Notes: generated from the sequence alone by a model not told the origin. A DNA stretch of 64,000 nucleotides from Phycisphaerae bacterium (GCA_963666835.2 CAXXGO010000001.1:1120001-1184000); one strand, 5' to 3'; positions 18,602 to 28,914 are shown, counted from the first letter of the stretch. Translations and numbers: made by a program.

Positions 18602-19195
18602 ATGAAATGGACTTCGCGGCTTGCGATCGTTGCGGTCTTGTTCTCTCTCGGTGAAGCCGACGCCGGGCCGGTGCTTTTGGCAACCGCATCCGGCGAACAG
18701 ACGTTGCCCCTGCCTTCGTTTGTGGATTCGGTTACAACTACAAGCTACCTGCGTTATCAGCGCGAAGCCGGCGTTGGCTTCGATCTGTTCGACGACGAAC
18801 CGGTTCTTGTCCGGCGAGACGATCCTCCATGGACCGTCTATGATTCCGTCGGATCGTCGCTCGACGATCCCGATTTCGACGTATATGCCGAGTTCTTGAC
18901 TGACGGCGTATATGAACTGCTGTTCTTCTTCAGTCCCGAACTGGGAGCCATAAATGGGGGGTTTGAGGAGGAGTTTCTTCAAGTGCATGTTGCTCCCTTC
19001 TCACATGTCGATCTGGTTGGTTACCGGATTGACCGGATCGACCAATGTGTAACTTATGACGTGACAGATATTGGATTGCACGTTGACGGACGTTTTGAGT
19101 TCTACGGGTCAGTGATACCCTGCCCACCGACGCTGCTGTTGTTGGCGGTCGGCTCGTTTACGTTGGTTCGGCGTGTTCGCCCGACGAAGCACTGA
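18602..19195 (+). CDS. Secreted protein with PEP-CTERM-like sorting tail
   Basis: GGAGG RBS, signal peptide, C-terminal VIPCPPTLLLLAVGSFTLVRRVR. Confidence 0.75.
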   Translation: MKWTSRLAIVAVLFSLGEADAGPVLLATASGEQTLPLPSFVDSVTTTSYLRYQREAGVGFDLFDDEPVLVRRDDPPWTVYDSVGSSLDDPDFDVYAEFLTDGVYELLFFFSPELGAINGGFEEEFLQVHVAPFSHVDLVGYRIDRIDQCVTYDVTDIGLHVDGRFEFYGSVIPCPPTLLLLAVGSFTLVRRVRPTKH

Positions 19196-19242
19196 ACGTA
19201 TGTGGGACGTTCCCGAACAGATTATCTGAGGAGTTGCCCCTG

Positions 19243-20958
19243 ATGAGGAATGCGATTTGTCTTGCGTGCTGCGGATTAACGTTGTGCAGCACATCGTATC
19301 TAATGGCCGACCAGCGATCTGCAAGCGTGTACTCGCCGCTTTGGCGCGGCGTGAGTGACTGTTATCATTGCGACGCGTCCGGGACCACGTCGGCAGTGGT
19401 TACGGTTCCGCAGACGGGTGCGCTCAGCCCCGCTGCCGGAGATGTAACAATAGGCGTGCGAGTGTATGCGGATCTCAGAGGTTCATCGGGATACGTTTGG
19501 ATTAAGGTCGGGGACACGTGGCTCACACCAAGTACTCCCGGTGTTGTATCCGGTGTGCCGACCGGCGGGAATTTCTTTCAGACGGACGGTTCCAACAGAT
19601 GTTATTGCTGCGAAGGATCGAATGTGGCGTCCATCGTTGTGACCGGTGCATTCTTCAACGCACAGTTGAATGCTGACGACAAACTGGTCGTCACGATAGC
19701 GATAGCGCCAGGGTCAACCGATGTACCGTGCGTTGCAGAAGCCTGCGGCTGCACGAGCAACATCGATACGGGATATCAGACAGTTACGGTGATTTGGACA
19801 CCCGGTGGCTGCCAAACAAGCGCCGACTGCGACGATGGATTGTACTGCACCGTCGATACGTGTAACACGGGAACTGGGGAGTGCTCGCACTCATCCAGGA
19901 ACTGTAGTGACGGGAATTCGTGTACTAACGACTCGTGCAATGAGGGTCTGAACCGGTGTGACCACACAAACAACAACAACCCGTGCAGTGACGGGCTCTT
20001 CTGTAACGGGAACGACCATTGTGCGGGTGGATCGTGCAGTGCTCATGACGGCGACCCGTGCGCCGGGCAGGAATGCTGCGAGGCAACGAACACCTGCGCC
20101 GAGTGTTGTGACGACGCCTTCTGCGACGACGGCGATCCGTGTACAGGTTCGGATTCCTGTGTATCGGGAATGTGTCAGAGCGAGTTCGGGGACTGCAACG
20201 ATAATAGTATTGGTGATGCATGTGACGTGATGGATTGGGATGTGGATGCCGACGTGGATCTTCGTGACGCGGCGGCCTTTCAGAGCTGCTTCGGACAAGA
20301 CGTCCCGGCCTGCCGGGCAGCGTTCGACCTTGCGTTACTTTGCGGGCCAACTGACCTTGACGACTATTCACTCCTCAGCGATCAACTCGCGGGGCCTTCG
20401 GGGTTTGCGATGGCGATGATGGGAGGGGAGAGTGCCGAATCGTTGTTCACCCTGCCTGACCAAGACGCCTCGGGTGGGGCCGATGAACCCGATGACTGGA
20501 CGGTTACTGATGCAGCGGTGGCATTCGAAGTACGGCCGCTTGGCGGCCGCAATCCGGTCACCGTGCTGGCACCGAATACGAGGTATGAGGTTTGGTACCA
20601 GGCCGACTACTCCGATGTGCAGTATTACATGCTTGCCGTTTTGAGTGCGTCGACTGCTAGCGGATTCACCACTGCGGAACCCGCCTCGGACGGCGACTGG
20701 GCCGGCACGGGCGATTTCATGTGGATTGACCTGACCGGCGATCCCGGCGGGCTATTGCCTGCGATCGGCTATCCGGAAGGCTACGTTATGCTCGGGCTCG
20801 TCGGGGATACGGGTGCGGCTGGTCGCGAAGGGCAGCTATTCCGTTTCACAACAGGTCCGGCGGGTGAGCTGACGTTCGATCTGAAGATGGGACGGATCAA
20901 TGAGCAGCAGAGGTCGGCGGTGAACATGGAGGGCCAGGCCCGCTTCAGTGTGGAGTAG
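19243..20958 (+). CDS. Secreted Cys-rich protein with CDDGxxCT repeats and a dockerin-like EF-hand
   Basis: Signal peptide; CDDGLYCTVDTC repeats; DWDVDADVDLRDAAAFQSCF. Confidence 0.8.
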   Translation: MRNAICLACCGLTLCSTSYLMADQRSASVYSPLWRGVSDCYHCDASGTTSAVVTVPQTGALSPAAGDVTIGVRVYADLRGSSGYVWIKVGDTWLTPSTPGVVSGVPTGGNFFQTDGSNRCYCCEGSNVASIVVTGAFFNAQLNADDKLVVTIAIAPGSTDVPCVAEACGCTSNIDTGYQTVTVIWTPGGCQTSADCDDGLYCTVDTCNTGTGECSHSSRNCSDGNSCTNDSCNEGLNRCDHTNNNNPCSDGLFCNGNDHCAGGSCSAHDGDPCAGQECCEATNTCAECCDDAFCDDGDPCTGSDSCVSGMCQSEFGDCNDNSIGDACDVMDWDVDADVDLRDAAAFQSCFGQDVPACRAAFDLALLCGPTDLDDYSLLSDQLAGPSGFAMAMMGGESAESLFTLPDQDASGGADEPDDWTVTDAAVAFEVRPLGGRNPVTVLAPNTRYEVWYQADYSDVQYYMLAVLSASTASGFTTAEPASDGDWAGTGDFMWIDLTGDPGGLLPAIGYPEGYVMLGLVGDTGAAGREGQLFRFTTGPAGELTFDLKMGRINEQQRSAVNMEGQARFSVE

Positions 20959-21067
20959 TACGCGCCATCGGCGTTGTGGCGAGTTCTCCCGCGTACCACC
21001 GCTCTCGAGCAGTGCAGAGCCGGGACACGGTGTGGATGGAGCCCGATCCCCTACGTGTGAGGGAGCG

Positions 21068-22012
21068 TTACGCTGATTGCCGTTCGCCGTCGGCGTCTTT
21101 GGCGGGGCGGTTGTCCGGCTTCTTCGTTCGGTGACCGAAACAACGGCGATACAAATCCTCGATCGGACCGCTCAAGCCGTACCACACCACCAACACCACC
21201 AGCGTCGGGGCCTTGTAAGACCAGAATATGACGAACAACAGCAGGATTCCCACAAGCTGGCCGAACGGCCGGCGACCGATGAGGTAAGCACGATAGAAAC
21301 GCCGGTAGGGGATTCCGGAGACCATCAGAAACGCCGCAATCAGAGCCACTATCGGAATCGCGTAGGCGATCATCTGCCGACCTGCGTCGCCGAACTGCTC
21401 TCGGACGATGACGAAGGCCACAACAATGGCGGCCGCGCCCGGGCTCGGCAGACCGCGGAACATGCGGGGGTCGTAATCGGCCTTGGCGTGCTCGACGTTG
21501 AAACGAGCCAGCCGGATGGCCGTGAACGCTACGTAGATGGCCGCGGCGATCCAGGTGAACCGCCCCAGGGCGTGTTCGCTGAGCGGCGAGGGCACAATCG
21601 AGTCCCCGGCCAGCTCTGTCGTCACAAACGCCACCATCAGCGTGGCCGGGGCGACTCCGCAGGTGACTACGTCGGATAGCGAGTCGAGCTGCCCGCCGAA
21701 GTTAGTAGTGCTGCGCGTTGCCCGGGCGACCAGCCCGTCGAGGCCGTCGAACACCATTCCCAGCAGTACCAGCCCTGCTCCGACGGAAAGGAACGACGGT
21801 AGCACGCGTTCCCAGCCTGCCCCGGTCAAGACCTGGGTTGTGTCCACCCCGGCCCCGAAGTCGTACATGGCGCGCAGGGCGAAGTGGATGGCGGCGAAGC
21901 CGCAAAGCAGGTTGCCGAGCGTCAGCAAGGTGGGGGCGATCGGCAGAGATCTCAGTCGGCGTCGCTTGCGACGTCCGTGAGAAGTGCTCGGTACTTTGCC
22001 AACCACGGCCAT
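21068..22012 (-). CDS. pssA: CDP-diacylglycerol--serine O-phosphatidyltransferase
   Basis: DGLDGLVAR...G.QLDSLSD motif, RLARFNV, GLPSP; adjacent to psd. Confidence 0.92.
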   Translation of the reverse strand: MAVVGKVPSTSHGRRKRRRLRSLPIAPTLLTLGNLLCGFAAIHFALRAMYDFGAGVDTTQVLTGAGWERVLPSFLSVGAGLVLLGMVFDGLDGLVARATRSTTNFGGQLDSLSDVVTCGVAPATLMVAFVTTELAGDSIVPSPLSEHALGRFTWIAAAIYVAFTAIRLARFNVEHAKADYDPRMFRGLPSPGAAAIVVAFVIVREQFGDAGRQMIAYAIPIVALIAAFLMVSGIPYRRFYRAYLIGRRPFGQLVGILLLFVIFWSYKAPTLVVLVVWYGLSGPIEDLYRRCFGHRTKKPDNRPAKDADGERQSA

Positions 22013-22154
22013 GGTGTTCCCTTCTGTCCTGGCGGCGAGGTTCAGCGCTTTGTTGCACGCATCGGATCGGGCTCGATCTGCGCCGCGTATCGTTCTTTGC
22101 GCTGCTCTTGTGCAAACGGGCGACGTCCGGCCCGTGGTCGCCTCTTCGTTCCAC

Positions 22155-22238
22155 CGCCCCTTCGGGGCTAGTCGATATTAGCGGCCCGTTTACCAGGGGC
22201 TTACGCCCCTGGCTACATACCTATGCCCCTTCGGGGCG
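22155..22238. repeat. Three-hairpin REP-like element
   Basis: gccccttcggggc twice, flanking ccaggggcttacgcccctgg; overlaps the psd stop. Confidence 0.7.
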
Positions 22239-22925
22239 GGTTTCGGCGTTGTCCGTCGTCGGGGCCGGTTCGTTGACCGGCTGCCGAGCGACAATGGTCA
22301 GGCCCGCCCGGACGGAATCACCGATGCCAACTAATATTTCGGTCCCGGTTTGCCGCGGGATAATCAACTCCGTACGCGAGCCGAATTTGATCATGCCGAA
22401 CCGGGTTCCGATAGGCAGATGCTCGTTGGCTTCCGCGTGGCACACGATTCGCCGCGCGATCTTGCCGGCAACCTGTCGGACCTCGACCGGCCCCGGAATG
22501 GGTGGATCCGGGTCGATCAGCACGGTATTCGACTCATTTCGGAAACCGGACTCCGGATGGCGCGCGTCAAGGAATTCCCCGGCACGGTATGACAGCGATC
22601 GCACCCGCCCCGAGCACGGTGCCCGGTTCGCGTGCACATTGAAGATGCTGAGGAATACGCCGATCCGCGTGGCCGGGCCGCCGATTGACTCGTGGTCATC
22701 CAGTTCCGTGATCTCGGTCACCACGCCGTCGGCCGCGGAGCACAGTTCACCAGCCTCGAAACTGCGCTTGCGAACCGGGTCGCGGAAGAAGGAAATCACC
22801 CAGATCCAGACGATCACGAACGGGATGCCGAGAGGCCAGTACAGCCACCACGCCCCGGCGACGCATGCGCCCAGGATCAGAGTGCTCAGCACGATCTCCC
22901 GTATTCCTTCTTTCGCGATCAACAT
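22221..22925 (-). CDS. psd: Phosphatidylserine decarboxylase proenzyme
   Basis: FFRDP, SAADG, FLSIFNVH.NRAP, IKFGSRTE autocleavage site. Confidence 0.94.
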   Translation of the reverse strand: MLIAKEGIREIVLSTLILGACVAGAWWLYWPLGIPFVIVWIWVISFFRDPVRKRSFEAGELCSAADGVVTEITELDDHESIGGPATRIGVFLSIFNVHANRAPCSGRVRSLSYRAGEFLDARHPESGFRNESNTVLIDPDPPIPGPVEVRQVAGKIARRIVCHAEANEHLPIGTRFGMIKFGSRTELIIPRQTGTEILVGIGDSVRAGLTIVARQPVNEPAPTTDNAETRPEGA

Positions 22926-23028
22926 GGCAGTTGGGCGTATCATAGCGATAGCCGCGAATAACGCACGCCCCGACGGCGTTAACCGATCGAGGCGTGCGTC
23001 GCCACGGTCTTGGGGCAGGTCGCGGTGA

Positions 23029-23106
23029 AAGAGGGTACAGGCACCTCGCCGATGGCGTCCCCTGACACCGTAAGCGGGGATCGGCTGGGAGCCAGTCCCC
23101 TTCTTC
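23029..23106. repeat. Imperfect inverted-repeat (REP-like) element
   Basis: aagagggtacaggcacc ... gggagccagtccccttctt. Confidence 0.45.
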
Positions 23107-23114
23107 AGGGGCCC

Positions 23115-23717
23115 CTAGTCGAAGCGGACCACGATATTCGGGCCTCGCCCACGGTCGCGATGCGGGCGGCGAGCCTTGACGGTTCGGTGCCCACGCGGGC
23201 CGTCGTGGACTCGCAGGATCTCTCGGGGTGCCCAGTGTCCCGGTTTCACCAACACCTCCTCATGCACAACTCTGGTAGTCTCCGCTCGGACACAAACGGG
23301 GCGGTAGACGGTCTCAAAGTAGCCCTCGCGGACCAGCACGCGTTGTTCCTTCCAGACCTTACGGGCGGGCCGCACCACTTCCTCGACCATCTCGAATCCG
23401 ATCAGCCCTCCGAACGCGTCGTATCGCGCCACCCGACGCTTAACGACCCTGGCCGGCTCCATGACTCGAACTCGACGGATCTCGTAGACCGGCTCGTGCC
23501 AGATCCGCTCCTCCCGCTGTTCGAGGACGGCGGGTACTACTATTGTCCTAGCTCTCGTCTCGTAGACCGGCGGCACCCACACGCGCTCGGGTTGGTGCTT
23601 GACCTTCCGAATATGCCCCGCCTCAGCCGGGTTGGGGAGCATCAGCCCCGCTCCACCCACCACGGCCAACCCCAGCAACCACCGGCTCCATCCTGCTTTG
23701 TTCGTTCTGGCGTTCAT
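23115..23717 (-). CDS. Secreted basic protein with WVPP/YXWGXW-like beta repeats
   Basis: Signal peptide (AEA); ERVWVPPVYE, VREGYFE, VKPGHW. Confidence 0.7.
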   Translation of the reverse strand: MNARTNKAGWSRWLLGLAVVGGAGLMLPNPAEAGHIRKVKHQPERVWVPPVYETRARTIVVPAVLEQREERIWHEPVYEIRRVRVMEPARVVKRRVARYDAFGGLIGFEMVEEVVRPARKVWKEQRVLVREGYFETVYRPVCVRAETTRVVHEEVLVKPGHWAPREILRVHDGPRGHRTVKARRPHRDRGRGPNIVVRFD

Positions 23718-24028
23718 CGCTGATCCTCCGCTTTGGGTTATCGCACTTCGTATCCCACACGTCGAGATAGTAGACTATTGTAAACTATCTTGGTTAGAGG
23801 AAAAAGTTATTGATGTGTTTTTCTCTTCGAGTTTTGGGAAATGTGATGGGTGCGCGGCAGGATAGCGCGCTGCAATGTGCATGCAAGGTAATATGGACTG
23901 TGTGGCTGCAAGGTCGTCGAGGCGGCTGAGAAGGGCAGACTCTCCGTGCGAACCAGCCCCCGATCCGCGGGTGGCGAATCGGGGGCCGGTGCAGCTGCTG
24001 GCCACGGTTCCGATGGCGGGCCTGTCCT

Positions 24029-27000
24029 TTACGGGCAGGCACTCGGGGCAACGAATGGATACGGATCCCCCTTGAATCCGCCCACGACTCGTTGCACGTC
24101 GGTCATGTTCACGATCGCGTTGGGGGTCTGGCCATCCACGTCAACCCAAACCAGCGGCGGAGCGCTTGGTGAGCCTGAGAACCGTTGGAGAGTCGCCTGG
24201 ACATCATTCATGTTCACGATGCCGTTCGGCGGCCCCCATGAGCCGACGAAGGAGCCGACGCAATCAGCCCAGAACTTGGGAGTCGGCTCCAGAACCGTGG
24301 GAACCGTCAGCCCGGCCGAGTAGTCCGCCTCGTTGCCCGGGTCTCCCGAGATGTCGAGGGCCTGGACGATATAGGTTTGATCCGGCGCGATTCCGCAGTC
24401 CCCGACGTGGATTACAGCGGGTTCGGTGCCCCAATCCGTGTAGTACGCGGTTGCCCCAAGCTGGAAGACGTCTGCCGGTTTCCCGGTTAAATGGGCCTGG
24501 ACCCACCATTGCGAGCCGCTGGACACGTGGATCACCCGCAGGGCTACTTGCGAGCCCGCATTGCCCGGCATGAACGAGATATAGCGGTTCTTTCCCGCAG
24601 CACTTGGTTCGGGCTCGGGTGGGTCGGGGATCTCGGTCAGCTCGGCGCTGGTGATCATGAAGGCCATGTCGCTGTATAGCGGTCCGGGCCACGTGGCCGA
24701 GCTCCACGTTCCCGGTGGGACAACCTGTTGGGCTGCCGGGCAGATAATCGGCGGACTCGTTCGGTGCATCTCCTGCCACTTCCACAGGACTGGGTTGTTC
24801 ACATCAACTGACCGGGCCATGATGTCCAGCCAGTAGGTCTCACCCTCGATCTGCTCGAACGGAACGTCTAGGAAGTACTCATACAGGTATATGGCTTCGC
24901 CCAGGTTGTTCACCAGTCCGGTCGGGTATTCGTTGTATTGTCCCGGGGTGAGATCTTCGCCCCATATCTCGACGTCTGGCAGGCACCAGGGCTCGCCGGG
25001 CAGATTCGGATGGATGCTCAGGTGGAAGCCGGCCAGCCCGGATCCCGGATCCTCGTACGCGCCCCACCAGTGGATGTCGGTGACCGCGCCACCCTCACAG
25101 ACCCACTGGTCGGCGGTGATGATCTGCCCCCCGGCGTAATCGTGGGCGTGCAGGCCGGACAGCTCCGTCGACAGCGGTTGGTCCCACTTGATGAACTCGC
25201 AAGCGTCATCGATCCCGTTGCCGTCGTGGTCGCCGTGACATTGCGACCCCGGGCCTCGGGAAGTGCCGCCCAAGCCGGCACAGTCCTCGGCAGGCGTGTC
25301 CACGCAACTACCGTCCGACAGGCAGCAGGCTTCATCGAGCGGAGGGGACACGCAGACGCAGCAGAAATCGATGGTGCCGTCGCCGGCAGGGGTCTGCACT
25401 TCTTCGCAGATCTCGTCCGCAGCGCAATCACCGACACAGGTCGGAGGCTCGGCGACCTCGGTTCTCATCTGGATTGTCGCAGTCGTGGTGCCCATGTAGT
25501 CCGCCAACTGGCTATCCGGGCAACCTTCGAACTCGATCTGATAGGTAATGTCAAAGAAGCTGTCGACGGCGAAGTCGCCGCTCGGCAGTTCCGTGAGGGT
25601 GGTCGTGCCCGCACCGGGCAGGCCGAAGTCCGAACCGCCGAGTACTCGGAAGGTGCAGAAGTCGGGATCGCCGAATAGCTCGCCCTGCAGCCGGTACATA
25701 TCGTTCGCGAAGGTCTGGACCGGATCACCCGGGGTCCTGGGTCCGGTGTGGACCTCGCAGGACACCGGCACGGCCAGGTGGCGGTTGAAGCCTGCCAAGT
25801 CGCCGGTGCCGGTAACGGTCAGATCGAGGGTGGACGCGAAGCAATCGCCGTGACCGCCGAGCGTACCGCCGGCCATCTCGCACTCCCCGGGCGACAGCGG
25901 CAGCGAACACAGCCCGGTGGACCCTTCGCAGATGAAATCCGTGTGAATCGGGTCCAGCTCAATTGTGGTTCCCGGCGGCAGACCTTCGATGATCATGTGG
26001 ACTTCGTCGGGGCTGAGGTAATCGCACCCGATCGGCGGGAGGGTCACCGTTCCGGTCCCGTTGTCTTCTACGACGCACGGATCGGACGGCGGGGTTGTCT
26101 GCAGGGCATGGCAATCCCCGGGTTCCTCGCATTCGCATACGATAACCGTAGAGTCGCCCGTCGCAGGGTCGTAGTTGAGGCACTGGGGTTGGCAGACGTC
26201 GCCCGTGTCCGGGCAGGCAACCGGCTTGCACGCGGATCCATCCGCCATCGGTTCGCACACGTCGGGGGCGCAGTCGCAGCAGATGTCGATTGTGCCGTCG
26301 GGGTTGACCCTCTGAGTTTCCTCGCAGACCTCTCCGGGAAGGCAATCACCGACGCAGGTCGGTGGCTGAGGCAGCTTGGTTCGCATCCGTAGTGTCGCGG
26401 TTGTCGTGCCCGAGTAGTCTGTCAGAACACTGCCCGGGCAACCCTCGAACTCTATCTGATAGGTGATGTCGAAGAAGCTGTCGACGGCAAAATCGCCGGT
26501 CGGCAGTTGCGTGAGCGTGGTCTCACCCGGCCCCGGCAGGCCGAAGTCCGTTCCGCCCAGGACCCGAAACGTACAGAAATCCGGATCGCCGAATAGCTCG
26601 CCCTGCAGGCGGTACATGTCGTTGGCGAAGGTCTGGACCGGATCGCCCGGAGTCCGAGGACCAGTGTGCACCTCGCAAGACACCGGCACGGCGATGTGCC
26701 GGTTGAAGCCCGTCAAATCGCCCGTGCCGGTAACGGTCAGATCCAGCGTCGATTCGAAGCAGTCTCCGTTGCCGCCCAGCGAGCCGCCGGCCGTCTCGCA
26801 TTCACCCGGCAGTAGCGGCATCGAGCACAAGGCAGACGGGGTACTGGGACAGAAGAAGTCCGTGTGAATCGGGTCCAGCTCAATCGTGGTTCCCGGAGGC
26901 AGGCCTTCGATGATCTCGTGGACCTCGTTCGGGCTGATGTAATCGCAGCCGATCGGCGGTAGCGTGATCGTCCCAGTTCCGTTGTCCTCCACGATGCACG

Positions 27001-27946
27001 GATCGGAATCGGCAGGGATGACGGCCCGGCACTCATCCGTCCCGCGGCAGTCACAGTCAATGACGGAAATCTGCCCGGAGTCCGGGTCGTAGTTCATGCA
27101 GACCGATTCGCATACCTCGGTTGCGTCAGGGCATAAGACATCGGCACAGGCGGAACCGTCGGCCAACGGCTCACAATCCTGGAATATCTCGGTTTCCATC
27201 CGGATCGTGGCGGTCGTGGTGCCCATGTAGCCATCCAGCATGCTGCCGGGACAGCCTTCGAACTCGATCTGATATGTGATGTCGAAGAAGCTGTCGACGG
27301 CGAAATCGCCACTGGGCAGCTCTGTCAAAGTGGTTGTGCCGGGACTCGGCAGGCCGAAATCCGTGCCGCCGAGGACTCGGAAGGTGCAGAAGTCCGGATC
27401 GCCGAACAGCTCACCCTGCAGGCGATACATGTCGGCGGCGAACGTCTGAACGGGATCTCCGGGGTTACGCGGGCCGGTGTGGACCTCGCAGCCGACTGGA
27501 ACGGCGAGGTGCCGGTTGAAGCCCGCTAAGTCGCCGGTTCCGGTTACGGTCAGGTCCAAGGTCGATTCGAAGCAATCGCCGTCACCACCGAGGGAACCGC
27601 CGGGCATCTCGCACTGGCCCGGCGGGATCGGCAACGAGCATATACCGCTGGACATCTCGCAGAAGAAGTCCATGTGGATCGGGTCCAACTCGATAGTGCT
27701 TCCTGCAGGCAGACCGTCGATGATAAGATGCACTTCGTCGGGGCTCAAGTACTCACACCCTATCGGCGGTAGAGTCACCGTTCCGGTTCCGTTGTCGGCC
27801 ACCACGCACGGGTCGGCCCCGGCCGGGGTCGCCGCGACCAGCATTGCGAGCAGCAACGTGCCTACTGTTGGCACTGCCCTTGACTTTATTTGAGGGTTGT
27901 CCCCTCCCCACGTTTCCCTGAGAGTAAACACAATTCGCACAGACAT
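24029..27946 (-). CDS. Large secreted protein with three ~210-aa repeated domains and a C-terminal dockerin-like region
   Basis: AGGAGG RBS before ATG 27946; signal peptide; DPCVV.DNGTGTVTLPPIGC domain x3; KNRYISF...IVNMNDVQ/IVNMTDVQ. Confidence 0.85.
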   Translation of the reverse strand: MSVRIVFTLRETWGGDNPQIKSRAVPTVGTLLLAMLVAATPAGADPCVVADNGTGTVTLPPIGCEYLSPDEVHLIIDGLPAGSTIELDPIHMDFFCEMSSGICSLPIPPGQCEMPGGSLGGDGDCFESTLDLTVTGTGDLAGFNRHLAVPVGCEVHTGPRNPGDPVQTFAADMYRLQGELFGDPDFCTFRVLGGTDFGLPSPGTTTLTELPSGDFAVDSFFDITYQIEFEGCPGSMLDGYMGTTTATIRMETEIFQDCEPLADGSACADVLCPDATEVCESVCMNYDPDSGQISVIDCDCRGTDECRAVIPADSDPCIVEDNGTGTITLPPIGCDYISPNEVHEIIEGLPPGTTIELDPIHTDFFCPSTPSALCSMPLLPGECETAGGSLGGNGDCFESTLDLTVTGTGDLTGFNRHIAVPVSCEVHTGPRTPGDPVQTFANDMYRLQGELFGDPDFCTFRVLGGTDFGLPGPGETTLTQLPTGDFAVDSFFDITYQIEFEGCPGSVLTDYSGTTTATLRMRTKLPQPPTCVGDCLPGEVCEETQRVNPDGTIDICCDCAPDVCEPMADGSACKPVACPDTGDVCQPQCLNYDPATGDSTVIVCECEEPGDCHALQTTPPSDPCVVEDNGTGTVTLPPIGCDYLSPDEVHMIIEGLPPGTTIELDPIHTDFICEGSTGLCSLPLSPGECEMAGGTLGGHGDCFASTLDLTVTGTGDLAGFNRHLAVPVSCEVHTGPRTPGDPVQTFANDMYRLQGELFGDPDFCTFRVLGGSDFGLPGAGTTTLTELPSGDFAVDSFFDITYQIEFEGCPDSQLADYMGTTTATIQMRTEVAEPPTCVGDCAADEICEEVQTPAGDGTIDFCCVCVSPPLDEACCLSDGSCVDTPAEDCAGLGGTSRGPGSQCHGDHDGNGIDDACEFIKWDQPLSTELSGLHAHDYAGGQIITADQWVCEGGAVTDIHWWGAYEDPGSGLAGFHLSIHPNLPGEPWCLPDVEIWGEDLTPGQYNEYPTGLVNNLGEAIYLYEYFLDVPFEQIEGETYWLDIMARSVDVNNPVLWKWQEMHRTSPPIICPAAQQVVPPGTWSSATWPGPLYSDMAFMITSAELTEIPDPPEPEPSAAGKNRYISFMPGNAGSQVALRVIHVSSGSQWWVQAHLTGKPADVFQLGATAYYTDWGTEPAVIHVGDCGIAPDQTYIVQALDISGDPGNEADYSAGLTVPTVLEPTPKFWADCVGSFVGSWGPPNGIVNMNDVQATLQRFSGSPSAPPLVWVDVDGQTPNAIVNMTDVQRVVGGFKGDPYPFVAPSACP

Positions 27947-28789
27947 GACATCCTCCTTCGCACTTGCGAAATCACGCGCAATCCGGCCCAAACCATCCAT
28001 GTGTGGGACTTGTTTCGCAGCCCTAGCCCACCTGCGGCGCGCCCCACCCGGCGCACGCCACGCCTCTCACCTTGTGTTCTGCGGTAACTCCTCCGTACCG
28101 ACGATGCTCGACTACGTGATCTTTAACCCATCATGCTAACGCGCCGTACGCCATGACTCCAGAAGAAACGGCGAAGTCTCCGGAGATTCTCGGCCTTCCC
28201 GTCAACCGGGCCTGACGTCCGCGGCGCGCCGCACGAGGGTTTTCGAGCATGTTTGTGCCATCGGAGAGACAGTCGACTCCTTTGGGATCCGAGGGCGCCG
28301 CTGATTGTGTTGTGGTCGGGCGCCGGGGCGAGGATTCCAGGGTGCCATCGCACCGTCGCTGACCGCGCCCGTCTCCGACCGTTCCGACGTGGGGAGCTCT
28401 CGTGGCGTCCATCGATGGTGCGGTCCGTCGAGTCGCGATCAAGGACCTTTTCGATGCGCTGAACGAGCAGAACGCCATCAGAGCCCAAGAGGGTCTTGCG
28501 CCCTTGCCCGACCCGTTCACCGTGACCACCGCCAACCCGGCCGTGGCCGGGCAGTAACGATTGGCAGTCGGCATCACGCGTAGGGCATGGTCGAGGCACG
28601 AGACCTGCCATCTACTGCAGGGGGATTTCATCGGTTCCCCAATGCTCAGGCGGCCGTACCCCGCACGGCCCTGCCGCAAGCTTGGCATACGCCGGATTCA
28701 ATAGAACACGCCCCCCGGCCATGCCGCTGGAAACATTCTGAAAGAGGCCGGGCGGCCGAAACAAGAGCGCGGCTCATCGATGTTGTCTC

Positions 28790-28890
28790 TTCCACCCCGT
28801 CAGGGTGGTTTGAGTTGTTGGCATCCCAGCCGGGGGCGGCGGCCGCTTCGCGACCTTGCCCCCGTCTGTCTAGCAGCCTTCCAGGCTGAA
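28790..28890. repeat. Multi-hairpin REP-like element
   Basis: caccc..gggtg, gggggc..gccccc, cagcct-tcc-aggctg. Confidence 0.45.
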
Positions 28891-28914
28891 CAGGGAGCCG
28901 CGCGTTGCGGCCTT

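Noticed and set aside
28402..28557. Short protein-like ORF (...IKDLFDALNEQNAIRAQEGLAPLPDPF...)
   Set aside because: No recognisable family or clear start; may be a gene remnant, but unsupported.
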